The notes under the pieces were generated by a model. It was not told the DNA's origin. It did no database searches and was given only the letters and a program-made list of their open reading frames with translations. Positions 6,807 to 15,855 of a DNA stretch of 61,958 nucleotides are shown in pieces. Origin of the DNA: a virus; IMG/VR virus record IMGVR_UViG_3300025759_000095. One strand, written 5' to 3'. The position numbers and the translations under genes were made by a program. Positions within the stretch are counted from its first letter, which is position 1, and the number at the start of each line of letters is the position of its first letter.

Positions 6807-9104
6807 ATGGCAATAAAATTTTCACAATTCGTAGTAGAAACTAGTGCATCAACGATGAGCCATATTGTTGGTTATGATGGGGCGGATAATATACAAATCA
6901 CACCTAATAATTTCTTTACAAGTTTTGTAACGGGTACAGCCGGACAAGTACCCTTTTTTGGTAGCACAACTTCATTACTTGGAGATGATGATTTTTCCTG
7001 GGACAACTCAAATAAAAGATTAGGTATTGGAACTACTAGTCCGCTTGGTAAATTACAAGTTAACAAATACACAGTCGGATCACAAGGAAATCAAACTGTT
7101 CACGGAGAGCTAAGTGTTTTCGCAAACAACGGTGATGAATCTTTGTTTTTAGGAATAAAAGACGCTGCGTACCCAAACAGAGGTTGGGCTTTTAACCCAG
7201 TGATAACTGGTGTAAATTCAGATTTACAAATTAAAGAACATGGTAGTTCAGGTGTAAGAATGACCATACAATCAGGTGGTAACGTTGGAATTGGAACTAG
7301 TAGTCCTGGGACAACTCTTGATGTTGTTGGAACACTAGCATCATCAGGCATCACACAGCTAGGAACAGGGGGGTCTAATGTATTACTTACTTCTGCCGGC
7401 GGGGGCAACGTTGGAATTGGAACTAGTAGTCCTAGCACTAAATTATATGTTGACAATGGACAATCTACTTTTAATAGAGGTAACACATCGGGCACTATTG
7501 CTACATTTAGAGGTTTAAATTCTGCGCAAGCTGTTATTGGAACTGCCACATCATATTTTAACAGCAATGTAGGTATTGGAAATACTAACCCACAAAACAC
7601 ACTTCATTTAGGAAATAATGCAGTAGCAGCGGCAGGTGCTTTAAGAATAGATAGTTTTGTTGCAAATCAATATTGGAAAATTGAGCCAGGAACTAATACT
7701 TTAGGTATAAAAGATTATGATGGAAATTCTTTAATGACTTTAAATGGCTCAGACAATTCAGCAACTTTTGCAGGTAGTATTGTTATGGGAGGAGCAACTC
7801 TTGCTAATGGTTATATGATAGAAATGATACCAACTGGGGGTAATATACTTAGAAGCACAAGAGGAAGCTCTGTATTTGGGTCTTATCAATCTACTGATGG
7901 CCCAGTGTATTTTGGTACTACATCAAGTGATGATTTTGTATTAATTACTAATGATACGGCTAGATTAACTTTAAATGCTGCTGGTAATGCAACTTTTGCA
8001 GGTAGTGCAACTATAAGAAAATCTAGTTTAGGTGGTTCAACACCTATGGCTGATGGAAGTTTAGTTTTGGGTGCAGGGTCAACTGATTATTATAGTTTCA
8101 GATTAGATTCTAATGCTGATTTATATTTAGATAAAACCTTTGGTGGTACTGCTGCTAATGTTTTTAGTATTGATAGAAGCACAACAAATGGAAATATAAC
8201 TTTTGCAGGTAGTACAACTTTTAATGACCACACTAAACACCCTGACCAAGTTAAAGCAAGGTTTGGAACAGATGCAGATGCAACTCTTGAACATAATGGA
8301 AGTCATTTCTTTATGGACAATATAAAAGGAACTACATATTTTAGAAATACAGGTGCAAATTCATCAGGAATTATAATTAGAAATGGAGATGTTGGAGATA
8401 TTGAAATTGATAATGAAGTTGCAGCAAATATAAAGTTCAATACGAGCAATGTAGAAAGAATGCGTATTAATAGTACAGGTGATGTAGGTATTGGGACTAC
8501 TAATCCTCAATCAGGAGGGGGAGCAGCTAGTTGGCTAAGTTTAAACGGAACAGCAGCCTACTCAGGTGGAGTTGTTTATACAATAGGTTCCGTAACAAAA
8601 GCATATTCATATTTTGAAAGTGATTATTTAAAACAGCAAGCTCAAACAGGTTTTGGTCAAAAGTTTATAGTTGATGGAACTAATACAGCTATGACTATTT
8701 TATCAAACGGAGACGTAGGTATTGGAACTAGTAGTCCTGATAGTAAATTACATATAGAAGATACTTTAGGTGCAAATATTATTTTAAATTCAAATACAGG
8801 GGCGGTAAATAACGGTATCTATATGACAGAAGGTACTTCATCGGTACCTATGCAAGTTGGGGCTTATCTGTACTACAATGGTTCAACTAATAAATTTAAT
8901 ATAGCAACAGGTGTTGGTGTTCCAACTGACAAGTTAACAATATTAAGGGATTCAGGCAACGTAGGTATTGGTACTACTAGTCCTACAGCTAAGTTAACAG
9001 TAGTAGGTTTAGCAGAACATGCAGATAACGCTGCGGCAATTAGTGCGGGATTAACGACTGGTGCTTTTTACAGAACCGGTGATTTATTAAAAGTAGTACA
9101 TTAA
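6807..9104 (+). CDS. Tail fibre paralogue A2 (765 aa)
   Basis: Shares the N-terminal module (MAIKFSQFVVETSASTMSHIVGYDGADNIQITPNNF) and the C-terminal ADNAAAISAGLTTGAFYRTGDLLKVVH motif. It has six copies of G(N/D)VGIGT(S/T)(S/N)P..(K/T)L. Confidence 0.75.
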   Translation: MAIKFSQFVVETSASTMSHIVGYDGADNIQITPNNFFTSFVTGTAGQVPFFGSTTSLLGDDDFSWDNSNKRLGIGTTSPLGKLQVNKYTVGSQGNQTVHGELSVFANNGDESLFLGIKDAAYPNRGWAFNPVITGVNSDLQIKEHGSSGVRMTIQSGGNVGIGTSSPGTTLDVVGTLASSGITQLGTGGSNVLLTSAGGGNVGIGTSSPSTKLYVDNGQSTFNRGNTSGTIATFRGLNSAQAVIGTATSYFNSNVGIGNTNPQNTLHLGNNAVAAAGALRIDSFVANQYWKIEPGTNTLGIKDYDGNSLMTLNGSDNSATFAGSIVMGGATLANGYMIEMIPTGGNILRSTRGSSVFGSYQSTDGPVYFGTTSSDDFVLITNDTARLTLNAAGNATFAGSATIRKSSLGGSTPMADGSLVLGAGSTDYYSFRLDSNADLYLDKTFGGTAANVFSIDRSTTNGNITFAGSTTFNDHTKHPDQVKARFGTDADATLEHNGSHFFMDNIKGTTYFRNTGANSSGIIIRNGDVGDIEIDNEVAANIKFNTSNVERMRINSTGDVGIGTTNPQSGGGAASWLSLNGTAAYSGGVVYTIGSVTKAYSYFESDYLKQQAQTGFGQKFIVDGTNTAMTILSNGDVGIGTSSPDSKLHIEDTLGANIILNSNTGAVNNGIYMTEGTSSVPMQVGAYLYYNGSTNKFNIATGVGVPTDKLTILRDSGNVGIGTTSPTAKLTVVGLAEHADNAAAISAGLTTGAFYRTGDLLKVVH

Positions 9105-9107
9105 GAT

Positions 9108-12023
9108 ATGGCAATAAAGTTCTCTCAATTTATAACACAAACCAGCGCTTCTTCCCTTAGCCACATAGTAGGCTACAATGGAGCCGACAATATTCAGATA
9201 ACTCCCGCAAACTTTTTCACAAGCTTTGCTGTGGGAAACACAGGTCAGGTTTCATATTTTGACTCAGCCTCTTCTTTGGAAGGAAGCAATGAATTTTTCT
9301 GGGATAGTAGTAATAATAGATTAGGTATAGGAACTAATACTCCTACAGCAAAGTTGCAAATTGCTACTGATTATTCTAGCTCACCTCAACCATTTATATT
9401 TTTATCTAATAATGGATCAAATAACCCTGGTGGAGGTAGTGAAATTATTTTTGCTTCATCTATCTCTGCAACTACATCACTTTATAATGCAAAAATACAA
9501 GGTATTAGAAGTGCTTTAGATAATGGATCATCGGATTTGTTTTTTCAAACAACTCACGTATCAACATCTACTGCGCCTAGTACAAAAATGACAATTAAAT
9601 CTGATGGTAACGTGGGTATTGGAACTACTAGTCCATCTTCTAAACTACAAGTATCAGGAACTTTAGACGCAACAGGTATATCACAACTTGGATCTAGTGG
9701 TTCTAATGTATATTTAACATCTTCTAGTGCGGGTAGCGTTGGAATAGGAACTTCATCGCCTGTTTATAAATTAGATGTGACTGGAGACAGTAGTTCCGGA
9801 GTTATTGCTGTAAGAAACTTAGCTAATGGGAGAGATACTTTTAGATCTGAAAATGCAGCTGGAACTAGAACATTTAATATTGGTAATGACGCTAATGGTC
9901 ACGGTTTAGTATTAGTAAGAGGATCAGGTGGAACAGTTACTAATTATATAACTGGTAATGGCTATTCTTATTTTAATGGTGGTAACGTAGGTATTGGTAT
10001 TAGTAGTCCTGTTGCAAAACTACATGTTTATCAAAATAACTCAGATGATGACACAACAGCTGGGGTTACTATAGAACAAGATGGTACTGGTGATGCTGCT
10101 TTATCTTTCTTACTTTCAACTGTAAGAAGATGGAGATTAGGAATAGATAATAATGATCTTGATAAATTTAAAATTTCATCTTCTACTAATTTATCTACAA
10201 ATAATAAACTGACAATAGACGTAAATGGTAATGTAGGTATTGGAACTAGTAGTCCTGGTCAAAAATTAGCTGTAACAGGAAATATTGGTTTATCGGGGTC
10301 TGTACTTTTTGAAGATAATCAAGGTATCAATTTTGGTAATAGTAATGCAAGAATATATGGTTCAAGTAGCGATGGCATAAAGTTTAACGCAAATGGTTCG
10401 GAAGCAATGCGTTTAAATCAATCAGGCAAAGTAGGTATCGGAACGGCTAATCCTACTACCTGGAAACTAAATGTAGATAGTGGTGATATATATGCAGCGT
10501 CATTTGACACATCAAATAACACAGGTGTAGCTATAAACGGAAACAATACTACAGCTGCTCAGCTTTTAGGTTATTCTAATTCAGCATCAACTTATAATGA
10601 CTTAGACATTAGAGCTAATTCTACTCCTGGTAGTGGTATTTATATTGATGGTAGTGGGTCACACGTAGGTGTTGGAACTACTTCGCCAACTGCAAGATTT
10701 GAAATTCAACACCCACAACAAACTACTCAATTTGATAGAGATTGTTTCTTAAGATTACATCCATCTGCACAGACAGATTCTGGAGGATTTACAAATATGT
10801 TTTTTGGAACTTCTACAACTAATAATTATGGAGTTGCTATTGGTGGTTTAAGAGCAGGTTCAACTGATTCACCATCATTTAGTATTAGAATGCTCGATGA
10901 TGCTATTACAGGAACTGAAGTTTTTAATATTAGTAGTTCTGGTAATGCAACTTTTGCAGGTAATGTAACGTTATCAAGCACTAATCCTTTGTTACTTCTC
11001 GCTAACACAACATCTACAACTGGTAAAACTTGGAGGTTTAGTTCAGCACCAAATGGTAAATTATACATAACTCAAGAGGGTGTTGTAGACGCGGTTACAC
11101 TTGACCACACAACTGGTAACGCAACTTTTGCAGGGAATGTGGGAATTACAAATATACTTCATATAGATGGAGCGGCAACTGGTAGCCCTTATATTGACTG
11201 GAGACAAAATGGAAGTCAAAAAGCTTATATACAATATGCGGATACTGGAGATGATTTCAATATGTCATCTGATGGTAAAATGACATTTAAAACCAGTGGG
11301 GAAAATACAGTTCTTACCCTAGATACTTCACAAAACGCGACTTTTGCAGGAGATGTAACAACAAATGGAGAAATTAAAATAATTGATTCTTCGGCCACGG
11401 GGAATCCTAAATTGTCTTTTTATCAAACAACAAATGAAAGAGCGTATATACAGTATGCAGATACAGGAGAAAAACTAATTATTGATTCTGATTCATCATT
11501 AGTACTTAACACAAATAACACAGCAAGGTTAACAATAGATAGTAATGGTGTAATACAAAATGCAGACATAGATAATACAACAAGTGCAGCATTAAAAATT
11601 TCTAATAACGCAGCTGGTGGTAATTTTACTTATGGAATATCAATAGAAGATGATTCAACAAATACAGGATTAATTCTTTTTTCTAATGCTGCTGGAACTT
11701 CAATTGGTAGCATAACTCGTAGTGGTTCATCTACAGTATATGCCACATCTTCTGATTATAGATTAAAAGAAGATTTACAAGATTTTGCAGGATTAGATAT
11801 GATTTCTAAAATACCTGTGTACGATTTTAAATGGAAAGCAGATAACTCTAGTTCTTATGGAGTTATGGCTCATGAGTTACAAGATGTATTGCCAGATGCA
11901 GTTTCAGGTGAAAAAGACGGAGAAGAAATGCAGGGTGTAGATTACAGTAAAGTAGTACCATTATTAATAAAATCAATACAAGAGCTTAAGGCAGAAGTAG
12001 AAGATTTAAAATCAAAAATATAA
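9108..12023 (+). CDS. Tail fibre paralogue A3 (971 aa) with C-terminal S74-type intramolecular chaperone domain
   Basis: Shares the N-terminal module (MAIKFSQFITQTSASSLSHIVGYNGADNIQITPANF). It has many GNVGIGTSSP..KL motifs and repeated GNATFAGNV motifs. The C-terminal 91 aa (from nt 11748), SSDYRLKEDLQDF.GLD.ISKIPVYDFKWK...YGVMAHELQDVLPDAV....VDYSKVVPLLIKSIQELKAEVEDLK, match the autocleaving chaperone of endosialidase-type fibres. Confidence 0.85.
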   Translation: MAIKFSQFITQTSASSLSHIVGYNGADNIQITPANFFTSFAVGNTGQVSYFDSASSLEGSNEFFWDSSNNRLGIGTNTPTAKLQIATDYSSSPQPFIFLSNNGSNNPGGGSEIIFASSISATTSLYNAKIQGIRSALDNGSSDLFFQTTHVSTSTAPSTKMTIKSDGNVGIGTTSPSSKLQVSGTLDATGISQLGSSGSNVYLTSSSAGSVGIGTSSPVYKLDVTGDSSSGVIAVRNLANGRDTFRSENAAGTRTFNIGNDANGHGLVLVRGSGGTVTNYITGNGYSYFNGGNVGIGISSPVAKLHVYQNNSDDDTTAGVTIEQDGTGDAALSFLLSTVRRWRLGIDNNDLDKFKISSSTNLSTNNKLTIDVNGNVGIGTSSPGQKLAVTGNIGLSGSVLFEDNQGINFGNSNARIYGSSSDGIKFNANGSEAMRLNQSGKVGIGTANPTTWKLNVDSGDIYAASFDTSNNTGVAINGNNTTAAQLLGYSNSASTYNDLDIRANSTPGSGIYIDGSGSHVGVGTTSPTARFEIQHPQQTTQFDRDCFLRLHPSAQTDSGGFTNMFFGTSTTNNYGVAIGGLRAGSTDSPSFSIRMLDDAITGTEVFNISSSGNATFAGNVTLSSTNPLLLLANTTSTTGKTWRFSSAPNGKLYITQEGVVDAVTLDHTTGNATFAGNVGITNILHIDGAATGSPYIDWRQNGSQKAYIQYADTGDDFNMSSDGKMTFKTSGENTVLTLDTSQNATFAGDVTTNGEIKIIDSSATGNPKLSFYQTTNERAYIQYADTGEKLIIDSDSSLVLNTNNTARLTIDSNGVIQNADIDNTTSAALKISNNAAGGNFTYGISIEDDSTNTGLILFSNAAGTSIGSITRSGSSTVYATSSDYRLKEDLQDFAGLDMISKIPVYDFKWKADNSSSYGVMAHELQDVLPDAVSGEKDGEEMQGVDYSKVVPLLIKSIQELKAEVEDLKSKI

Positions 12024-12025
12024 AT

Positions 12026-12033
12026 TATCTTTG
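12026..12033 (+). promoter_or_regulatory. Bacteroidota-type -7 promoter box (TATCTTTG, extended TATCTTTGTAAA)
   Basis: Exact match 3 nt after the fibre A3 stop. It precedes a 23-aa mini-ORF (12039..12110) and the 12123 gene. Confidence 0.5.
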
Positions 12034-12122
12034 TAAATATGAAATACACAACAACAACTACTTGGATTAATGACTTAGAGGTCGAATACAAATACGTAGA
12101 AAACAATAAATAATAATATCAA

Positions 12123-12536
12123 ATGAAATTCTACACTAAAAAAACAACTGAAGAAATCTTAGCTCAAATAGAAATTGACAAAATCAATGCTAAAAGCACA
12201 GCTAAAGAAATTGCATCGAAACATTTAGGAAAGCATGCAATTAATTATATAACTATACTCGTTGTAATAGGTGTAGTCAGTTCTCAGTTTTTAGAAGGTG
12301 GCGCATTAACAGCAGTTATTGGTTTGGTTTCTACCGCAGCAATGGCTTTGATAGGTATACTCCAACATATTGTTGGCGCTAAAGAAAAAGAGGAGAAGCC
12401 AGAACTAGAAATAATAAAAAGTTTAATTAAAGAACTTTCAGACAAGGAAGACGACCCTATGCAGGTAGATGTGACTGACACAGATGTTACAGTGACTAAA
12501 GGAGAAAGTAAGGTAACAGCAAGTAAAAAGAAATAA
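12123..12536 (+). CDS. Membrane protein (137 aa, two predicted TM segments)
   Basis: Hydrophobic stretches INYITILVVIGVVSSQF and ALTAVIGLVSTAAMALIGILQHIV are followed by an acidic tail. It is the first gene of the envelope/lysis block and could be a holin or antiholin. Confidence 0.55.
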   Translation: MKFYTKKTTEEILAQIEIDKINAKSTAKEIASKHLGKHAINYITILVVIGVVSSQFLEGGALTAVIGLVSTAAMALIGILQHIVGAKEKEEKPELEIIKSLIKELSDKEDDPMQVDVTDTDVTVTKGESKVTASKKK

Positions 12537-12537
12537 A

Positions 12538-12840
12538 ATGGCACAAAAAATAAGCGAGGAAACAGAGGTAAGATTAGATTTAAAAACAATAGGAATTATT
12601 GTTGGCGGCGTAATCTCTCTTACTAGCATGTACTTTGTTTTGAAGTCAGATATAGCATTGGCTATGGAAAGACCAGAGCCTGAAGTTTCTAAAATTGAGT
12701 GGTCTTATAAGGACGAGCTTGTGCGTTCAGAAATATCTAGCACTAATGAAAAGGTGCAAGGTTTAGAAAAATCAGTGGAAGAAATAAAACAACAACTAAA
12801 TAAAATTGACGAAAGACTATATGAAATTAGCAAAAAATGA
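12538..12840 (+). CDS. N-terminally anchored coiled-coil protein (100 aa), i-spanin-like architecture
   Basis: A single TM segment (IGIIVGGVISLTSMYFVL) is followed by a charged helical region (EKVQGLEKSVEEIKQQLNKIDERLYEISKK). The stop overlaps the next start. Confidence 0.5.
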   Translation: MAQKISEETEVRLDLKTIGIIVGGVISLTSMYFVLKSDIALAMERPEPEVSKIEWSYKDELVRSEISSTNEKVQGLEKSVEEIKQQLNKIDERLYEISKK

Positions 12841-13163
12841 TGAGATGTGCAATAATTGCCTTTTTCCTGACATGTGTCACTTTTGCTCAAACTGATATTG
12901 AAATAGTTCAGTTTAGCGCCTCTTTTGTTAAAGATAATGAGATTGAATTAAAAAGTTTTAGATATGACTCTGAAACTATCTATATGTCTGACTCCAAAGA
13001 CAAATTCAATAAATACAATATTAAATACATACCAACCATTATATTATTTTATAATGATGAAGAATATTATAGAGTAGAATCAGGTATAAGTTTAAAATTG
13101 CCTGACAACTCTATTGAATTAATAGAAAACAAAATAGAAGAAATTATAGAAAGTAAATTTTAA
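12837..13163 (+). CDS. Secreted (possibly lipoprotein) thioredoxin-fold-like protein lacking CxxC (108 aa)
   Basis: Signal-like N-terminus MMRCAIIAFFLTCVTFAQ. KYNIKYIPTIILFYNDEEYYRVESG resembles the thioredoxin ..KY.V...PTLxLFKNGE....xG segment, but no CxxC motif is present. Confidence 0.45.
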   Translation: MMRCAIIAFFLTCVTFAQTDIEIVQFSASFVKDNEIELKSFRYDSETIYMSDSKDKFNKYNIKYIPTIILFYNDEEYYRVESGISLKLPDNSIELIENKIEEIIESKF

Positions 13164-13165
13164 AT

Positions 13166-14395
13166 ATGAAACAATTAATAACATTAATAATTATACTATC
13201 TACATTAAATGTATCATCACAGGTTATAGATACAGATAAAAAGCTAGAAGATAAGATTGTAAAAAAATATAAAGCAAAAGATTTTTTTAAAAACATTTAT
13301 AAGGATATTTTTAAATACAGCACTGTTTATGTGGCTGGAAACGTAGATAACCCTAAAGAAAATCCTAAAGATTATTTTGTAAGAACCAACCCCGATGGTA
13401 ACTTATATGCCCCGCCTGTTGTAGTTGACGGTACCGACTATTACGACTTTGATTATCGTTATGGTTTTGGAATCCGTAAGTTAGCACGTTTTGACTACGA
13501 GATCAAAGGGAAACACTACTACGATGGCACAGAAAACAATATCGGACTATCAGCACCTAACTCACCCGTTGATGGCTTAGAGTACACAATACATTATGAA
13601 AAAGAAAGGTCTAGGGACGAAGTCTTTACAAATCATAGGTATTTTGTAAAGCATAGCGGCAAGTATCATGTAGCAAAAATAGAAAGCAGAAAACAAGGAA
13701 AAGTAGATTTTAATTACAAATCAGCAGAGTTAAGAGCAAAACTTCCAATAGGAAAAAAACTATCTATATCTGCCGGCGCAATATACCGCACTCATATTCG
13801 CCCTTATGGATATAATCCGGTAGAAATATGGCTTAACGAAACAGATGAAAATGGTTGGCCAATAAACCCATGGTATACTTTGGGTTTCGAATATGGTTAT
13901 GATGATATATATTACACACAAGAAGATCAGAATGGAAATGAAATATCAGATTGGTATTGGATAAATCCTCAAGGTGAAGTTGTAGCTCATACAGATTTAG
14001 AATTTAGGGATACAGTATTTGCAGATTTAATGAATCGATATAATGAAGAGATTTGGAGTGAGCTAGAGACATTTGGTGTTATCAGTCCAATTGTCGGATT
14101 TGATGTGTACCATTACAAAAGAAATTTTTGGCTACACGCGTATGGATCATATTTACTTCCGTATCACAAGTATGTACAGGGTGATGAATCTTTTAGTTAT
14201 TTAAATCGAAATAATTGGGGGCTCGGAGGATTAAGACAAGATGTAGACTTAGAACAATGGGAGGATTGGCAGGCAGGCATTTCATTTGGATGGAAGCTGT
14301 CAAAAAATATTGGAGTATTTGTTGAGGGTGAATATACAAGGTTTTGGGATTCTGAAATTTATCAATCTTCTGTAGGTATAAACTTTAGATTATGA
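13166..14395 (+). CDS. Secreted beta-rich protein, outer-membrane beta-barrel-like (409 aa)
   Basis: Signal peptide MKQLITLIIILSTLNVSSQ. The protein is Y/W/G/D/N-rich with alternating patterns throughout, and its C-terminus (GEYTRFWDSEIYQSSVGINFRL) resembles a terminal beta-strand. Confidence 0.4.
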   Translation: MKQLITLIIILSTLNVSSQVIDTDKKLEDKIVKKYKAKDFFKNIYKDIFKYSTVYVAGNVDNPKENPKDYFVRTNPDGNLYAPPVVVDGTDYYDFDYRYGFGIRKLARFDYEIKGKHYYDGTENNIGLSAPNSPVDGLEYTIHYEKERSRDEVFTNHRYFVKHSGKYHVAKIESRKQGKVDFNYKSAELRAKLPIGKKLSISAGAIYRTHIRPYGYNPVEIWLNETDENGWPINPWYTLGFEYGYDDIYYTQEDQNGNEISDWYWINPQGEVVAHTDLEFRDTVFADLMNRYNEEIWSELETFGVISPIVGFDVYHYKRNFWLHAYGSYLLPYHKYVQGDESFSYLNRNNWGLGGLRQDVDLEQWEDWQAGISFGWKLSKNIGVFVEGEYTRFWDSEIYQSSVGINFRL

Positions 14396-14625
14396 TGAAT
14401 AAAATACCTAACGATAAACTCCTTCATTTTTTTTGGGGAGGTATATCTGCTTTCCCCTTAATCTATTTATTCTCTATTTACGGATTTATTTTTTCCTTAA
14501 CTTTGTATGCAGCAAAAGAAATCATTTATGATTGGCGAATGGGTAAGGGTAATCCAGAGTTTTTAGATTTTGTTTACTCTAGTGTACCTGCGATATTTTA
14601 TTTAATATTAAAATTAAATTTATGA
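14392..14625 (+). CDS. Small multi-TM membrane protein (77 aa), holin candidate
   Basis: Hydrophobic segments LLHFFWGGISAFPLIYLFSIYGFIFSLTLYAA and VYSSVPAIFYLILKL. Overlapping stop/start junctions on both sides, directly upstream of the endolysin. Confidence 0.5.
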   Translation: MMNKIPNDKLLHFFWGGISAFPLIYLFSIYGFIFSLTLYAAKEIIYDWRMGKGNPEFLDFVYSSVPAIFYLILKLNL

Positions 14626-15083
14626 ATAGAATTAGTGATCACATAACGTATGCAGAAGCTATACATTCTAATACGGCTAAAAGAAAAAAGATAGACAACA
14701 CACCAAACCCCACTCAAATCGCATCAATGGCAACAGTTGCCGAAATGGTCTTTGAGCCTTTAAGGTCTTGGGTTGGTGGGCCGATAAAAGTAAATTCATT
14801 TTTCAGGTCACCATCTTTGAATGAAGCTATTGGCGGAGTTAGTTCCAGCCAGCATTGTAAGGGTCAAGCGATAGATTTGGATGATGTATATGGATACAAA
14901 TCTAATGCTGAAATGTTCATGTATATACGAGAGAATTTAGACTTTGATCAATTGATATGGGAGTTTGGTACAGACATGAACCCCAACTGGATTCACGTAT
15001 CATATGTATCAAAAGATGAAAATAGAAACAGATGTTTGAAGGCGTATAAAGAAGATGATAAAACTAAATATAAAGTAATATGA
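14622..15083 (+). CDS. Peptidase M15-family cell-wall hydrolase (endolysin)
   Basis: ISDHITYAEAIHSNTAKRKKIDNTP......MA.VAE.VFEPLR...GGPIKVNSFFRSP.LN.AIGG.SSSQHCKGQAIDL and a later NWIHVSY match the zinc-binding H..D..H arrangement of phage M15 D-Ala-D-Ala carboxypeptidase-like lysins. Confidence 0.85.
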   Translation: MNRISDHITYAEAIHSNTAKRKKIDNTPNPTQIASMATVAEMVFEPLRSWVGGPIKVNSFFRSPSLNEAIGGVSSSQHCKGQAIDLDDVYGYKSNAEMFMYIRENLDFDQLIWEFGTDMNPNWIHVSYVSKDENRNRCLKAYKEDDKTKYKVI

Positions 15084-15538
15084 GTTCTAAAAAACCTTTT
15101 AAAAATACAACGGTTGGGCAATTATTGTTTGGCGCAGCTTCTGTAATTAACCCTACATTAGGAAATATATTGCAAGGTGTTACCAGTCCACAAGAAGCAA
15201 TTGCTGAAATAACTAAATCGGACGTTCCGGCTGACGATAAAATTAAATTACAGCAATTAATATTTGAACAACAAAATAAAGAAATAGAAGCTATTACTTC
15301 TAGATGGAAAGCTGATTCTATGTCAGACTCATGGATGTCTAAAAACGTTCGTCCATTAGTACTAATATGGTGTATAGTAGTTTTTTCATTTGCTGGAATA
15401 TTAGACAGTATTGAAACCATACCTTTTACAATACATGATAATTGGAATTCAACATTTGAGAATGTGATGATGGCTACGGTTTTAGCCTATTTCGGAGGAA
15501 GGTCGAGCGAAAAAGCAATGAGTATATTTAAAAAATAA
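15080..15538 (+). CDS. Membrane protein, 3-TM-type holin candidate (152 aa)
   Basis: A soluble N-terminal half (QQLIFEQQNKEIEAITSRWKADSMSDSWMSKNVRP) is followed by hydrophobic segments (LVLIWCIVVFSFAGIL, VMMATVLAYFGG). The gene abuts the endolysin. Confidence 0.5.
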   Translation: MSSKKPFKNTTVGQLLFGAASVINPTLGNILQGVTSPQEAIAEITKSDVPADDKIKLQQLIFEQQNKEIEAITSRWKADSMSDSWMSKNVRPLVLIWCIVVFSFAGILDSIETIPFTIHDNWNSTFENVMMATVLAYFGGRSSEKAMSIFKK

Positions 15539-15672
15539 TGGCTAGAAGAGTAATAAATCCTATTGAGTACAAAAAGGTAAGAAAAAAAAGACCTGGCATA
15601 CACGCCAAGACTAAAACTAGTAAATTAAAAAGTAGTAAATTGTATAAAAAATTAAACATAGGTCAAGGGTAA
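15538..15672 (+). CDS. Tiny very basic protein (44 aa)
   Basis: My own translation: MARRVINPIEYKKVRKKRPGIHAKTKTSKLKSSKLYKKLNIGQG. The start overlaps the preceding stop (TAATG). Confidence 0.4.
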   Translation: MARRVINPIEYKKVRKKRPGIHAKTKTSKLKSSKLYKKLNIGQG

Positions 15673-15830
15673 TGGCAAAAAAAGGAAGAACAAAAGGAAA
15701 CAAAATATGTCCAGCTGGAATAGCTTGGGCAAAAAGGACTTTTGATAGATACCCATCAGCATATGCAAATATGGCCGCGAGTAAATATTGTAAAGATCCC
15801 AACTATGCTAAGAAAGCAAAAGGAAAATAA
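15672..15830 (+). CDS. Tiny basic Cys-containing protein (52 aa)
   Basis: My own translation: MAKKGRTKGNKICPAGIAWAKRTFDRYPSAYANMAASKYCKDPNYAKKAKGK. TAATG overlap with the previous ORF. The antisense ORF 15617..15802 is rejected. Confidence 0.4.
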   Translation: MAKKGRTKGNKICPAGIAWAKRTFDRYPSAYANMAASKYCKDPNYAKKAKGK

Positions 15831-15855
15831 TAAATAACAAGTAAAAAAATAAATC

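Noticed and set aside
7260-10270. A CRISPR-like or minisatellite array, suggested by the recurring ggtaacgt(a/t)gg(a/t)attggaactagtagtcct strings
   Set aside because: The recurrences are in frame and encode the GNVGIGTSSP fibre motif inside long ORFs. Their spacing is irregular, the intervening sequence is coding, and no cas genes or leader sequence are present.
12837-13163. A confident o-spanin call for the signal-peptide protein following the TM-coiled-coil gene
   Set aside because: The lipobox is non-canonical (FLTC). The mature part looks like a thioredoxin fold rather than a short Pro-rich o-spanin. The topology argument alone is insufficient, so I keep it as a hypothesis within the lysis-block finding.
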